In this document: one piece after another, positions 51,400-64,000 of the stretch
Layout of the letters: every line of letters starts with the position of its first letter
Numbering within the stretch: position 1 is the stretch's first letter
From: Octopus vulgaris
Lineage: Eukaryota
Direction: 5' to 3'
NCBI GenBank assembly: GCA_951406725.2
Contig: OX597816.1
Location: 134,416,001-134,480,000 of the forward strand
DNA: 64,000 nucleotides
The notes under the pieces: generated by a model
Database searches by the model: none
Told to the model about the DNA's origin: nothing
What the model saw: only the letters and a program-made list of their open reading frames with translations
Program-made: the position numbers and the translations under genes

Positions 51400-52090
51400 A
51401 AATCATGATACTTGACTTTGTGTACTGACATGTATCTCTTCAGACAACCAATAGAAAGATAATGGTTGAGACATGATGACAGACATGTGCTCTTTCAGGT
51501 GGGGATGATCTATTATTGGATGGCTTTGGTTCATATAACTTTGAGTCATTAACAAGACAGGCCTTTGAAGGACAAACTGATTACAAGTTGAGCATTTGAA
51601 GGAATTATTAATATCAATGAGGTTTCCTTTCTTTGCATCTCATTTTAATTTTTCATGTTTAACATGTTTAATGTATTTCTCTTCAAATGCTTGGCCATAC
51701 AGTGTATATTTTTTTCCTACAGGCCCTCTCAAATGCATTTTATTCCAATTTATTACATGGATGTTACTTTTCTTAAAAGCTGATTTAAGGCATTTTTTGT
51801 ATCTTAATTTCAGTTTGTGAGGTCTTTTTCTAGAACATACTTCCCCATAGAGTAGACACACTCGAATTTGTTCATCTTCCATATGACTATATGATCTGCT
51901 CACCACCATCTACTATGTTGCAAGAACGCTTCTCTATTTACAACATTTGCTAACTCCATTTGCTAACACCAGGATATAAACATGGTCATTATATTAAAAA
52001 CAGTTGGAGCCAAATGCATTCCAGCTGTTTAATATGTTTTTGAATACAGTTTATATTTCACATCCATATAACAAAATCAGGCATGTTTTG
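51400..52090 (-). mobile_element. Old RTE-like LINE fragment
   Basis: LLYGEV...RPHKLKLRYKKCLKS motif on -. Confidence 0.6.
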
Positions 52091-52363
52091 AATACATTGT
52101 TTGAAAATAGATAGTTTAGTGTCATTTTATATATGTATATCCATTAAGACCGAAATAAAGATTGAAATTTGACAATGTGCAGCTAAAACTAAGTCAAAGT
52201 ATTTGTGCTGCTTATAATCCTCCCAACCAAGAATTGTTTTTCATTAAATGTGTTTAGCTAATAGTCTTTTTAGTTTAGTTGAGAATTGTTTTTAATTAAG
52301 TCTAGAATTATTTTATGACTGTTCTTGTTTTGCATAGATCTCTGTGGAGTCCAGTTTTCTCTC

Positions 52364-52365
<2 letters not shown>

Positions 52366-52440
<75 letters not shown>
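52366..52440. repeat. (CT)n microsatellite
   Basis: Direct reading; also 34893-34950. Confidence 0.95.
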
Positions 52441-52443
<3 letters not shown>

Positions 52444-52609
52444 TTTCTCTCACTCTGTTTGTCTGTCTGTCTTTCTATCTATCTCTTTTTCTCTCTCATT
52501 CTTTGTATTTTACTTATATTTTCTAGCATCTGTGAAAGAAGATACAGCTTGAATATATTTAGCTACTTTATCTGCATATTTTCCTCTCCACTAAGAAGAA
52601 ATATATATA

Positions 52610-52646
<37 letters not shown>

Positions 52647-53317
52647 TAACTTTTACAAAGAAAAGGTTGACAATGACTTCGAAACTTTAGCTTGCTTGTC
52701 TCATCAGACTGTGATTGGCTATATATAATCTTTGACAAGCTGCTTTTTGAGGTCAGTGGAGCCATGTGTAATAATAGGTAGATGTGGTGTAGGAAGGCTG
52801 GCAAAATGTAACAAGGAAGGATAAAAGAGCATAGGAAGAATGTATGTGTTTATAGGTGTAGGTTGATAGAAAATTATGGGAAGATTTATTTTGGTTTGAT
52901 GTAGGAATTTTGCAATTGTTTGGAGTTCTGTCGAGTACAGAAGTAAAAATGTAAACAGATGTGTCAAATTCAGATCATGACATTATTTATTGAGAAAATT
53001 AGTTCTTGTTGCGTTTTAGAGTTCACAAAAGAATGCTTGTAGATAAACCTGTTGGCCTCACAGCATTGATCAGATGGAGGTTGAATTGGTGTTGGTGTTA
53101 TTAGATCTCTAATATGAAATTTTAAATTAGGTATTTGGGAAAGTGTAGGACTGAAGAGACCATAGTATAAATAATCATTTAGATTTCCTCCTAGTGTGGC
53201 TAATTGTATTCCTATTATGTTATTGTACACATTCACATGATCTATAAATCCAGATGAATGCATAAAGGTGATCCCTTTTTTTCCATAGGTATATTCATCT
53301 ATAATGAGATATATATC

Positions 53318-53686
53318 TTTTATCTTACTTGTTTCAGTCATTAGACTGCAGTCATGCTGGCGCACTGCCCTGAAGAAATTTTTTTAGGTGAATTAACCAA
53401 TCCTAGTACTTTTTCTTTTTTTAAGCCTGGTATTTATTCTATCAGTCTCTTTTGCTGAACAGCTAAGGTAAAGTGATGCAAACATACCAACATCAAAGGA
53501 CAAACTCGGACACAAAAGCACACACACACACACATTATATGCTTCTTTCAGTTTCTGTCTACCAAATCTACTCACAAGGCTTTGGTTGGCCCAAATCTTA
53601 AAGTACAAGACATTTGCTCAAGGTGCCATACAGTGGGACTGAACCCAGAACCATCTGGTTGGGAAGTAAACTTCTTACCTGCACCT
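53318..53686 (-). mobile_element. SINE family A
   Basis: Homology to 37635-38033. Confidence 0.85.
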
Positions 53687-53741
53687 ATATGTATAAACAA
53701 ATTATAAATGTACTAATATTATGCATTTGTCTTTGTATATA

Positions 53742-53773
<32 letters not shown>

Positions 53774-54015
53774 CTCACACATACATATACTCATATGCAT
53801 CAATAAAAATATACCTATATGGATATATATAGAAAATTAATATAAACAGCAGGCTGCAATGTTCCATCAAAAAGGAGAATTATAATTGTCACTAAATGTG
53901 ACTAGTATATTAAAAAGCACCTACAAAATGCTCTAATGCTGTAGTTAACACACAGGAATGAAAACACATACACTAACAGGAACCATAATTGTCTGAAAAC
54001 TACCAACCGACCACT

Positions 54016-54067
54016 CTTAAGTCTGACACATCAGTTTCAGCAATTTCCATTGTCATCATCAGTTAAG
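54016..54067 (-). ncRNA. Decayed type I hammerhead ribozyme, unit 1
   Basis: CUUAA-CUGAUGA-U-GACAAU-GGAA-AUUGCU-GAAA-CUGAUGUGUCAG-AC-UUAAG (cleavage triplet GUC>GAC). Confidence 0.7.
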
Positions 54068-54347
54068 CCAGTTCAGTGTTTGACTATTTCCAGACCTGTT
54101 TCTATATTAGCATATATGTTTTGTTCTTCCAAATTAATGGATGACTAAGCAATTCGCTAATATGTATACACAAAATTAATATAAACAGCAGGTTACAATG
54201 TTTCACCAAAAAGGGGAATTATAATTGTTACTGAATGTGACTAGGGTGTTAAAAAACACCTACATTCCTAGAAATAAGGACTAAAATGCTCTAATGCTGT
54301 AGTTAACACTCATGAATGAAAACATATACACTAATTGACCGAGAATT

Positions 54348-54399
54348 CTAAAGACTGACACATCAGTTTCGGAAATTTCCGTTACCATCATTGGTTAAG
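54348..54399 (-). ncRNA. Decayed type I hammerhead ribozyme, unit 2
   Basis: CUUAA-CCAAUGA-U-GGUAAC-GGAA-AUUUCC-GAAA-CUGAUGUGUCAG-UC^UUUAG (core CUGA>CCAA). Confidence 0.65.
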
Positions 54400-54512
54400 C
54401 CAATTATATATATATATATATATATACTTTATTTAAAAGCATATTACTCTACCTCTGGTATTTGAGTTCTCTTTTTTCTACCTTGTTTCACATTTATCTG
54501 CTTAGTCCAGTG

Positions 54513-54533
54513 TATATATATATATATATACTA

Positions 54534-54607
<74 letters not shown>
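54513..54607. repeat. (TA)n microsatellite
   Basis: Direct reading; also 27732-27783, 29245-29283. Confidence 0.95.
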
Positions 54608-54609
<2 letters not shown>

Positions 54610-54989
54610 AATATATATATGTATGAATGTATGTATGTATGTATGTATGTATGTACATATATGTATATATTTATAAATACACAAACATACACTGATGTAT
54701 ACGTACAATCCATTCATACATACACACAAACATACATGCCCACACATACACACATATATAAGTGCACACATGCATGTGTGTGCATGCGCACACTTGTGCA
54801 TGTGTGTACATATGCATGTGTGTGTGTGTGTTTCACATCCAGTTGTAGTTCAAATGTTCTAGAGTAGGTAAAGAACCGCTTTTACATGCATCATCCTGTG
54901 ACACATTTGGACACATCATCAGTAATATTTATTGGGATCACAACGGGCTTTAGGTCTTTGAACAATCAGATACCTCCATCCAGATGACC

Positions 54990-56500
54990 TAGCTAGGATT
55001 TATCAAGTCCCAACTTGTGTCCAATTAGCACTACACCTAGTAGCACTGCCCCTTCAAGGGTTTGCACCTTCTGATCTACAGCCACCTTCAGGCAACTTCT
55101 GCTGCTGCTGCTGCTGCTATAGCCAACTTATTGGCTTCTGTGATGCCCAGTATGTTGTAAGATCTACAGAAGGACTGACCTTCAAACCCTCTACATCCCA
55201 CCTCAATGAGATCACTCCTTGCTTGCTAGTTATGACATACCTCCACCAGCTCAACATATTTCTTTCTCTTACTTTCAATACTGTCCTCCCAGTGAATGGA
55301 GATTTCTGATGGAACAACCTGCATGGATAATTCTGAGATCAGCTCTATATCTAACCCTAATGAAGTTGAGGTGACAGTTTTTAGCAATTTCAACTGCTTT
55401 CCTGGGTCAACTTTCAGCTCCCCATCTTTTGTTGTTGCAAGTAAGCCTGCAACCCTTGTTGCTGGCATCTTATTCACACCTGCCATAACAAATGTTATCA
55501 TTTTCTTTGTAGAGCAGAGGTGCCTGCTATGGCTAATCTCCCTTTAGATGGTGTTGGCTATGACCTTCAGAACCTGGTCATGCTTCCAGGACTTTTGGAC
55601 AGCTACAGTGAACATGTTCCAGGATTATTCTCCACTGGCACAGGAGCAAAGAAAGCTGGTGACTTTGATTTAACATAACAGAACAATCTGGAGCAGCCTG
55701 GTAGGACATAATAAACTACCTGAATTAGGAATTTTATCCAGTGAGGCTTTGTTCTCCAAAAATCATGCCATGGAACTTCAAGAGTCAGCGCTTTGTCCTG
55801 TCTTAGCCAGTCTCTCATCCCTACATGCTTATTAACTCATTCCTCCTCACTTGACATTCACACCTCATTCTGGATCAGCAGCCTTCTAACCTTTCTTTAT
55901 ACTTTGTGATAGTGAGGTATTTTGTTGCTGCCCAAGTCAACCCTTCCGCAAGTTACAATACCTACAAGTGCCCTGCATCTTATTTATGACTCTACAGCTT
56001 TTATACCCTCAACTGCCTGCCACTTCAATTTCGTTCTGATCTCAATACCAGCCTAACAGACTTTAGAGTCACAGTAGTTTCAATATTGCAACACCTCCAC
56101 AGTTGCTTTCCCAGGCTGCAGACAGGGAGCTTCAACTTTACATACAGGGCAATATTTTTCAGGCATTGAGGAAGTTCCAGTTACTTCTGCTGGAATCCAC
56201 TGATTATCCTCTCAAAGTTTTCTATTGTGGATTCATGAAGGAATAAAAGAATACATTGGAGGATGCCATGCTGGTAAATTCAGGTCTTAAACTTACCAGG
56301 AATATCTGACTAGTTCACTATGGATAGCCAGGCTTCTAATTCCTTGTTAGTTTCATAGGTGAATAATGTATCTCTCAGCCAGCTATAGAACACCTTTTCC
56401 AGGTTCTTCACTGGTTTCTTGCTGATAGATGGTATTAGTACACTACTGACCAAGAAAACAAACCTGCTTCTATCTCAGCATTTTTTCAACACAAGATATC
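54990..56500 (-). mobile_element. Degenerate RLE-type non-LTR retrotransposon (HERO/NeSL-like)
   Basis: On -: IKFLIQVVY.VLP, LEHV..CP..HDQVLKVIA, LKVD.GKQLK, I.WED.IE.KRKKY.EL, VE.GCRGF-like. Confidence 0.75.
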
Positions 56501-56992
56501 TGAACTTAACTTGATTCAATGCCATTTTTTACCCTCCTAAGTCAATGAATAGAGTCCTAAAGTTTAAGGCCTTCAAAATATTGTTAAATGAAAGAAAACA
56601 TGAAGTAAGTTATAACTTATTTGAAATAAATATTTTATGGCTACAAGAATGGTAAGTGATATAACCTCATAAATATAGATTAGATAAACATTACAAGTGA
56701 ACAGTAATAATTATTTCAACTGAATTGCATGGGATACATATTTCAGACTAATCCAAATCAGAGAAATAAATCATTAAGGGAAAAAATGTTTCTATTGAAC
56801 AAATCAAAAATCAAACTTTTCTTCAATTTGTAATATAATTACTTTTTGTTATTGTTTTATTTTATTCTTTTTCCTTGGACATTTTTTTTTCAGCTTTGTA
56901 AAAAGATCCATTGTTACATGGCTAAATATATTTAGTTTATCACTCAAGGCAATAACGTTATATAAAAAAAAATAAACTGTAAATATCATTAC

Positions 56993-57036
56993 CTTTTAAT
57001 CTGTTGGTTTGGTTTAGTCTCTTGATGCTGGGCCAT
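56993..57036 (-). CDS. Cyclic nucleotide-binding domain protein (CNBD2-like), coding exon 1
   Basis: ATG GCC CAG...AAA AG|gtaatg; MAQHQETKPNQQIK; phase 2 joins exon 2 in frame. Confidence 0.65.
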
Positions 57037-58454
57037 TTCTGTCAGGTGTAATTGCAGCTATTTTGTTGTTGATGCAGGATTTTCTATGTAAACTAATCCA
57101 GTATTCAGTGTAAATGATGTATGTAATTATCTTAATACAACTAAATATCTATTTCAGTTATTTTCTTTCTTTAGTCCCCAGACAATTTGTGTTGAAGGAA
57201 GTTGTCTCCAAGACATTCAACCTTAGTTTATTACAGATACTTATTTTTACTAACTGGGAAGAATGAAAGGAAATGTCAACCTTATAGGTAAAATATTGTG
57301 GCTACAAGTTATAGCAATGACAGTTCATACATTGATAGTTCTTCATTTTTCTTTCTCTATTGTTTATTTGGTTTGTTAAATCCTTTATTTTGACTGTGCT
57401 AATATTAGCTACAAAGAAAACTGAAACTAGAACCTAATCATGTCCTCTACTCAGAGTCTATTGCATAAGAATGGTTTAATGGACAGGTTCAGCTGAAATC
57501 AATATAGGTGTTTGTCTTACTTTTAATCTGTGTTAAAAACAGTTGCTTTGTCAATCTGCTTTGATTGAAGGTTATTGAAAGACAGAGTGATTCAATGAAA
57601 ACAACAGTTAAAAGTGTAAAAAGTTGTTAAAAAAAAGTAGCTTGGTTGGTGAATGAGTGTGGGTTACACTATCATTTATGCTTTTCTTTAAACTCTATAC
57701 AACTGTCTCAGTATGATGTATAATTTGCTTGTTGGGGAATGTCAGCATGTTCTGGATAAGTCTCATGGAGGCATTTTAAGATATATATTTTGCTAAATTT
57801 TAAGGGACAGTTGTAAGATTGGACATGCTTTACATTCTTTACAGAACAAGCTGATAATTCCATTTTTCTGTTGGAGTGTATGTGTTTAGGTGTGTGTATG
57901 ATTGTGTGTGAGGTATGTGGATGGGTGGGGGTGCATGTATTATCTACAATAACATGTATTGGATTAGTCTGCTTAACAAACTGACATGTTGATTTGTTCT
58001 AAGCTCCTTCTGACAACTAATACTACTCACTTGATGATGATGATGATGATGATGACAATGACGACAACGATGATGATAGTGATGACATCAGCAATGACCA
58101 TGATCATGCTACTGGTTACAAAGCTTAAAACCCTCACTGTTTCTCCAGCGGCGTTAATAGAATTAGCGTTACCCACCGCTTGTGGCCAAACCAGCTGAGA
58201 ATCAGATTCGTTAACCAACATGATTTCATTCCCATTCTCCGCTCATTTAATTACATACATACCCATACACAGAGTGGATCTCATTATTTTTAGCTACTTC
58301 TCTTTGGTTCCTCTGCAGCTTCTGACAATTTGCTCTTGGAAGGTGTTTTCTGTTACCCTTTGTAGCTAGTCTAAGAATTATGAGCATTGGGTGTCCAACA
58401 AATTGTGTCTAATAGCTACTTACTCCACTATTTTTATTTTCACAGAGCTCAGAT

Positions 58455-58455
58455 A

Positions 58456-58533
<78 letters not shown>

Positions 58534-58574
58534 CGCGCATGTGTGTGTGTGCGCGCATGTGTGTGTGTGTGTGT
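58455..58574. repeat. (GT)n microsatellite
   Basis: Direct reading. Confidence 0.95.
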
Positions 58575-59479
58575 AGAAAATAGATATATATATAGAGAGA
58601 GAAGTGGGGGAGAGATGTATAGTATTTTATTGAAGCTGAAAAGACTTCACTGTTACTTAGTTTTGCATAACCAATCATAAGACAGTATTTATGAACAATG
58701 CTATAGTTTATAAATGTATATAAATGGTGCGGTGGCAGATATTTAGCAAATCATCAAATAAACATTTAAAGGTGGCTGCACAGAGTATTATTATTTTTCA
58801 AAATAATGGGAATTTGTTGGATGAATAAATGATTGGCCAGAAAAGCATAACATCATAAGTGAGTTGAAATTGAATTAAAATTGAATAACACAAATCATCA
58901 ATATGCATAGAAATAGATATAATAAATACTATGAGGGAAAAGTTCTTTTAGAATTCAAGAGTATACAAAAAAATGTTGCAAGAGATAAAAATTGAAATTT
59001 AAAATTAAGACACAAGTAAAAGTTAAAAGCAAAAATAAATAAATGTATAAGCTTACTATAAATATGGGGGATCTGCAGGTATGGAAAGAAGAGGAAGGGA
59101 GGAAAATGATGATTGGGGAAGAAAAATGGAAGAGAGTAAAAAAATAAAGGAAAAATAGTAAGAAGTATAAAAATGAGAAGAGGTATGATCTAAGTTAAAA
59201 GATACTAGTAGTTACAACTGACAACTTGTATCAAATATAGAGTGACAAAAACCCAGGAATGAAGTGGAAGCGATTAAAAAGCATGCAATAGATAAATAAA
59301 TTTGATAGATAGAGACATAAAGATATGAAAAAAGCAGAGACAAAACCATGGACACACAGACACAGGAAAAATGCCAATCAAAATAAATAGAAAAAACTCA
59401 ATTATGAAATATATAAGAACATTAAAAAAAATCTGCGTAGGAATATGTAAATAAATTAATCTACCAAATAACTTCAATA

Positions 59480-59725
59480 AAGGGTAAAGACCCCCTTTAG
59501 TCATGAATGACCATGGAATTGTATAAGGTTGTTTATGGAAGACCAACAGTCTGATACAGCTTGACACTAGTGACATTGCAACTCATTTGTACAGCTGAGT
59601 GAACTGGAGCCATGTAAAATGAAGTGTCTTGCTCAAGAATGCAACACACAGCCTGGTCTGTGAATTGAACTCACTACATCGTGATTGTGAGCCCAATGCT
59701 CTAACCACTGAGTTGTGCACCTTCA
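59480..59725 (-). mobile_element. SINE family B, internally deleted
   Basis: Head and tail homology to 48240-48578. Confidence 0.8.
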
Positions 59726-59779
59726 ATAACTTCAATACAGGAGTAATAACTTTTTTTTTAAATGAGTAATCAAGTAAAA

Positions 59780-60286
59780 TATAAAAGCAATAACAAAAAC
59801 ATAATAAACATGTGTAACCTGAACAATATTAAGTTACAAAGATGTCTCAACTTTTCTGCTGTGACATCCTCATGTTTAACCAGATCTGCAGTTATCTTGT
59901 CTATCTCTGCTGTCTTGTTGTTCTTCAGGCAATAAATGGCTTTGACACCTTTTACCATTGAGAGGCCCTCATCTGTCCCCTGCAACTGATCCATCAAGGG
60001 CCCCCGTCATATGATGTCAAAGAGATTGACTGTGTCTGACCAGTTCATAACTTATTCTTTTTACTCTTTTACTTGTTTCAGTCATTTTACTGTGGCCATG
60101 CTGGAGCACCGCCTTTAGTTAAGCAAATCAATCCCAGGACTTATTCTTTGTAAACCTAGTACTTATTCAATCGGTCTCTTTTGCCGAACCACTAAGTTAT
60201 GGGGATGTAAACACACCAGCATCAGTTGTCAAGCAATGTTGGGGGGACAAACACAGACACACAGACATATACACACACAGACATAT

Positions 60287-60334
<48 letters not shown>

Positions 60335-62060
60335 CAGGCTTCTATAAGTTTCCATCTATCAAATCCACTCACAAGGCTTTGGTCAGCCCGAGGCTGTAGT
60401 AGAAAACACTTGCCCAAGGTACATGCAGTGGGACTGAACCCGGAACCATGTGGTTGGTAAGCAAGCTATACCACACAGCCACCTCTATGCCTCTAACTTC
60501 TTGAAAATGTTATACTGACCCGATTAAGTGTTCTATGTTTGTTACCACCATCTCATCATCCTTACACTAAAGTGGTACACATGAACCACTTCTTGCTCCT
60601 CTCAGCTTTCATGTTTCTGTACAGACATCTGGTGCCATTTCTCTTTGTTGCTTCTTCTGCCTCCTTGCCCATCTCCTTGATCTATATCTTCTTGATTCCC
60701 TACAGCTCCTTTTTATGTACTTGTTTTGGTGTCTATCCTCACTGTCTTGTTGTTTCCATGTCTGCACATCCTTCACTTGGTCTCCTTTGCTTTTTATTTA
60801 TTTCTTCTCATCAATCAGGTTTCATTAGGGTGTGGGGATCCATAATGCCAGAATGTTGCCCTACCTGTGTGCAAATACTGCATTAGCACTAAATGTGATG
60901 ACCTGTTGAAAATGAATCCATTGTTTCTAATAATCAAACCCTCTCTCTGAAACTTAAAAATTATTTTTCATTGTCTCAATGAATTTAGTCAAAGTTTTCA
61001 CTTGCTTGAGAGCCTCCTTTATGTTAGGCCACTCTGTCTTTGTATCCTCTTTAACTTCAAGTATATTCAAGCAATCACTACATTGTGGTCTGGACTAACA
61101 TTTGCTCCACTGAAGATATGTACGTCTTGCTAGGAGACTGTCAACAAGTATTAATGCAGATGTAAGTTTAATTTCTGAATTTACTACACAATGAAGTCTG
61201 TGATGTCTTGTAGATATGCTTCAGAATTAAGAATGGGGTACTAAAACTGCAGAAGATAATCAACACCAGAATCTTCCTACCATTCTTTGTTGCACAGTTG
61301 GTTAAGCCATGAAGCCTCATGATCAGGAATAACTTGTGTCTGTTATTCTTCAGTTGAACTTTGGAGTTACTCATTGATGTTATACCATAGAATGCTGTTG
61401 AGGAAATTCTGCAAGTGGTTATCAAACACTTCGTTATCTTCTTGTGTTGCAACCTCTTGGGGTAAGTTTGCACAACCTTTACTTTGGCATGCCTAGTGAT
61501 GGCCTTCACTGTGATAATCTGGTCATTTACTGGTCGCTATCCAATTAGTGCATACTCACTCCAGATGATGCCAGCATCTCCAGTATGATGATTTTTGTGA
61601 TCAGAGTGTAAAACTGTCTTATCTTCACTTCTGATGCATTTTTGACTGATCCAGTGTGTCCTGCTGGTGCCCAGGATACCAATGCATTAAATGCCCGTCT
61701 CTTGTATCACTTGCTTCAACTGTTATGCTTCAAAACAGTGTACAGACATTCCAAGTAGTCAATCTTGAGTTCTTAGCACTCAAAATATTACTTACATCTA
61801 AATGTCCTTTCAACTCTGATTTGACACCCATCACAGATGCATCAGCAGATGTGATGTTTCCTTGCTGGATTGTTAATGAATGGTTGAAGCTGCTCATCAT
61901 TTCTGTGGAAATTGAGTATTCAAAGCAAGGTACTCACCTTAAATTCCATCCATCCTCCTTTCTCAACAACAGCCCCAGACCAGTTATGCCAAATGTCAAA
62001 TCCGGGGTCTCAAAGAAAAGGGGAAATCTGTAACCCAAGACAGAGGCTCATTTCAGATGC
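59780..62060 (-). mobile_element. Degenerate RTE-like LINE (APE endonuclease to RT), interrupted by a SINE
   Basis: On -: RLTTWNVCTL (APE start, ~61740-61775), DQIITV, and LKNNKTAEIDKITADLVK (pre-RT motif). Confidence 0.7.
60055..60492 (-). mobile_element. SINE family A
   Basis: Full-length homology to 37635-38033. Confidence 0.9.
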
Positions 62061-63228
62061 TCTCAGCTAGAGCCAACTGAACTTGGAGTTCATATAAAGT
62101 AGAGTCATCACATCAAGAATTTGAGTGAAAAAGGTTTCATTTACTTTGCTTTGTGTAATTTTGGTAGTTGGATAACTTTACCTGGTAATGTATAAGGAAC
62201 TTAGGAATGTAGGATGTTTACACAGCAGCCCATGTAAGAAGTGGAAGGGAATAAATGATGTTTACCCATAAACTTATTTTAAGCTAGAATCGTTGATATT
62301 TACTTTGTAATATATTTAGCTCTTGAGATGGGTGATGTATAACAAGTAACATATAATATCAATGATGTATTGAAATACATTAGAAGTACAGTTATCATCA
62401 GGTAAAATGTAACAAGGTTTATAGTTCTAGTAGATTATCAGAAAATTAAAGCAAAACACTTCATTTTTTTCTTGTGTGTTTATGTAAGGGTAGGATAGTC
62501 ATTGTGTCATCATTTAATGATACTAAAGAAACTATGACTAGGCCAAACATATTTTTTAATTCTTGTGCAAAAGAAACACAACAAAATGCACCAATTTGAT
62601 ATTATTTAAAAATCTTTGAGAGAACTTACCTGAAGTTAATTTCTGTATTAACTACTTTCAAGCAACCATTACATACTTCCCTAGTTATCTCATACACATT
62701 GAACAAGTGAATAATACAAACTCATATTTCTTTCATGCTTACTTTCATAGATATGAACTTGTCATAATTACAAGGATTATATGTCAATTTTATCATAATC
62801 CTGAGTAGGAGTTATTGATTCGTTACTGGATACTTTTGTATTTGTTATCACATTCCTATTCTTTATTTACTCATCCTGACATTTTCTAGATTAGAAACTT
62901 CATTATAGAAAAGACTTGTTTATTTAATTTTGTATCATTGAGTGCATAGTCTTTGCATCTTTTATTCTATGTTGTTTTCTTTTCTGTTTTTCTGTTTTTG
63001 CTTTATAGTTGATGCATTATTTATCATATTTTGAAACTGAGGTGGTTTAATAACTGAATGAAGGACTATTGGAACGACATTTTTGACAGGTTACTGAGAG
63101 AAACAAACATTCAACTACATTCAAATTAAGCAATTAGATACTAGATGGTATGTTGTTTCTTTAACTTGTCAAAAGATTAGAAATGAATTTTAAATAGAAG
63201 CCACACACACACACACATGCATATATAA

Positions 63229-63375
63229 TATTCCACTCTTACAAACCACAGTACATCATAAAGTACTCCTCACCTATGGTGCCACGTGCATCATATATAT
63301 ATTCCACACTTATGAGCCTATACACATCATAAGGTATTTCACCCTTATGAATTCATACACATCATTAGATACTGT
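63229..63375. repeat. Diverged ~35-bp minisatellite (about 4 units)
   Basis: Recurrent TTCCAC.CTTATGA..CATACACATCAT-like unit. Confidence 0.6.
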
Positions 63376-63464
63376 ATTATAATATTATAAACACTTATGA
63401 AGTTCCATATATCACAGGTAATATACCAAAGTTATTAATCAAACTTTAAATAGAATGGTGCTGG

Positions 63465-63650
63465 TGCCACTTAAAAAACATCCAGTATGCTCTGTAAAGT
63501 GGTTGGCATTAGGAAGGTCATCCAGCTGTAAAAACCATGCCAAAACCGATAGCTGGAGAGTAACGTGGTGATGCTCCCTGGCTTGTCAGCTCCTGCCAAA
63601 CTGTCCAACTCATGCCAGCATGAAAATCAAACATTAAAGGGTGATGATGT
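63465..63650 (+). mobile_element. Solo RTE-type 3' tail
   Basis: GTGGTTGGCATTAGGAAGG.CATCCAGCTGTA...CATGCCAGCATG; also at ~35115-35312(+) and 47165-47345(-). Confidence 0.75.
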
Positions 63651-63744
63651 TGGTGGTGGTTAGGAGGAGGAGGAGGAGGGGAACGACGATGACGACAACA
63701 ACAATGACAACAACAGCAACAAAAACAAGTGATAGTCTGCGATT

Positions 63745-64000
63745 ACAAATCATTGGTTGAAGCGGTAGACAACCCGTTCCCACCAGACCTGACAATTAGA
63801 AAATTGCAACAAACAGCAGACCTTGTAGCAGTTGGCAAGATTTTGACGGTGAGCTGGGTGCAGGGCCATTGCAACCTCCATGGCAATTAACTCGCAGATA
63901 TGCAGGCAAAACGTGACTTGGCGCTGCCACAACTGGATGCCACCATCGATACAGCCATTCGTCAGGCGGTTATACATTGAACATTCCAACCAATGCCAAT
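63745..64000 (+). mobile_element. RNase H-containing LINE fragment (I-group-like)
   Basis: Frame reads TVSWVQGHCNLHGN*LADMQAK (RNase H W..GH....GN..AD..AK motif). Confidence 0.7.

Larger units (their letters stand above)
53833..54403 (-). mobile_element. Tandem ~335-bp dimer with one HHR per unit (non-LTR retrozyme-like remnant)
   Basis: 53833-54070 is a diverged direct repeat of 54172-54402; TA-rich flanks; no ORF. Confidence 0.75.

Noticed and set aside
62030-62095. HDV-like ribozyme at an RTE 5' end (GGCUC/GAGCC)
   Set aside because: Could not build the P2/P3/P1.1 nested pseudoknot.

Overview
AT-rich, repeat-dense animal genomic DNA. The SINE/RTE/microsatellite repertoire points to a coleoid cephalopod, most likely Octopus (inference). 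Two convergent multi-exon genes could be spliced by hand with consistent reading-frame phases. One is the 3' part of a coiled-coil protein gene on + (8 exons, 710-19267). The other is a complete 533-aa protein with two cNMP-binding domains (CNBD2-like) on - (8 coding exons, 57036-21166). Between their stop codons lies a ~360-bp-arm inverted repeat with a perfect 129-bp inner stem. Introns hold tRNA-derived SINEs, RTE, RLE and RNase H-bearing LINE fragments, mariner/hAT/piggyBac/pogo DNA elements, a Helitron remnant and fold-back MITEs. The most notable signal is a set of hammerhead-ribozyme (HHR) elements sitting in (TA)n tracts. The first is a very young, nearly intact 7.9-kb Penelope-like element (RT + GIY-YIG, one premature TAA) with 2.2-kb pseudo-LTRs, each carrying a type I HHR with a palindromic stem III. 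The others are two unrelated non-coding, retrozyme-like HHR elements (28219-28812 and a tandem dimer at 53833-54403). All calls were made by eye; repeat boundaries are approximate and family names need database confirmation.
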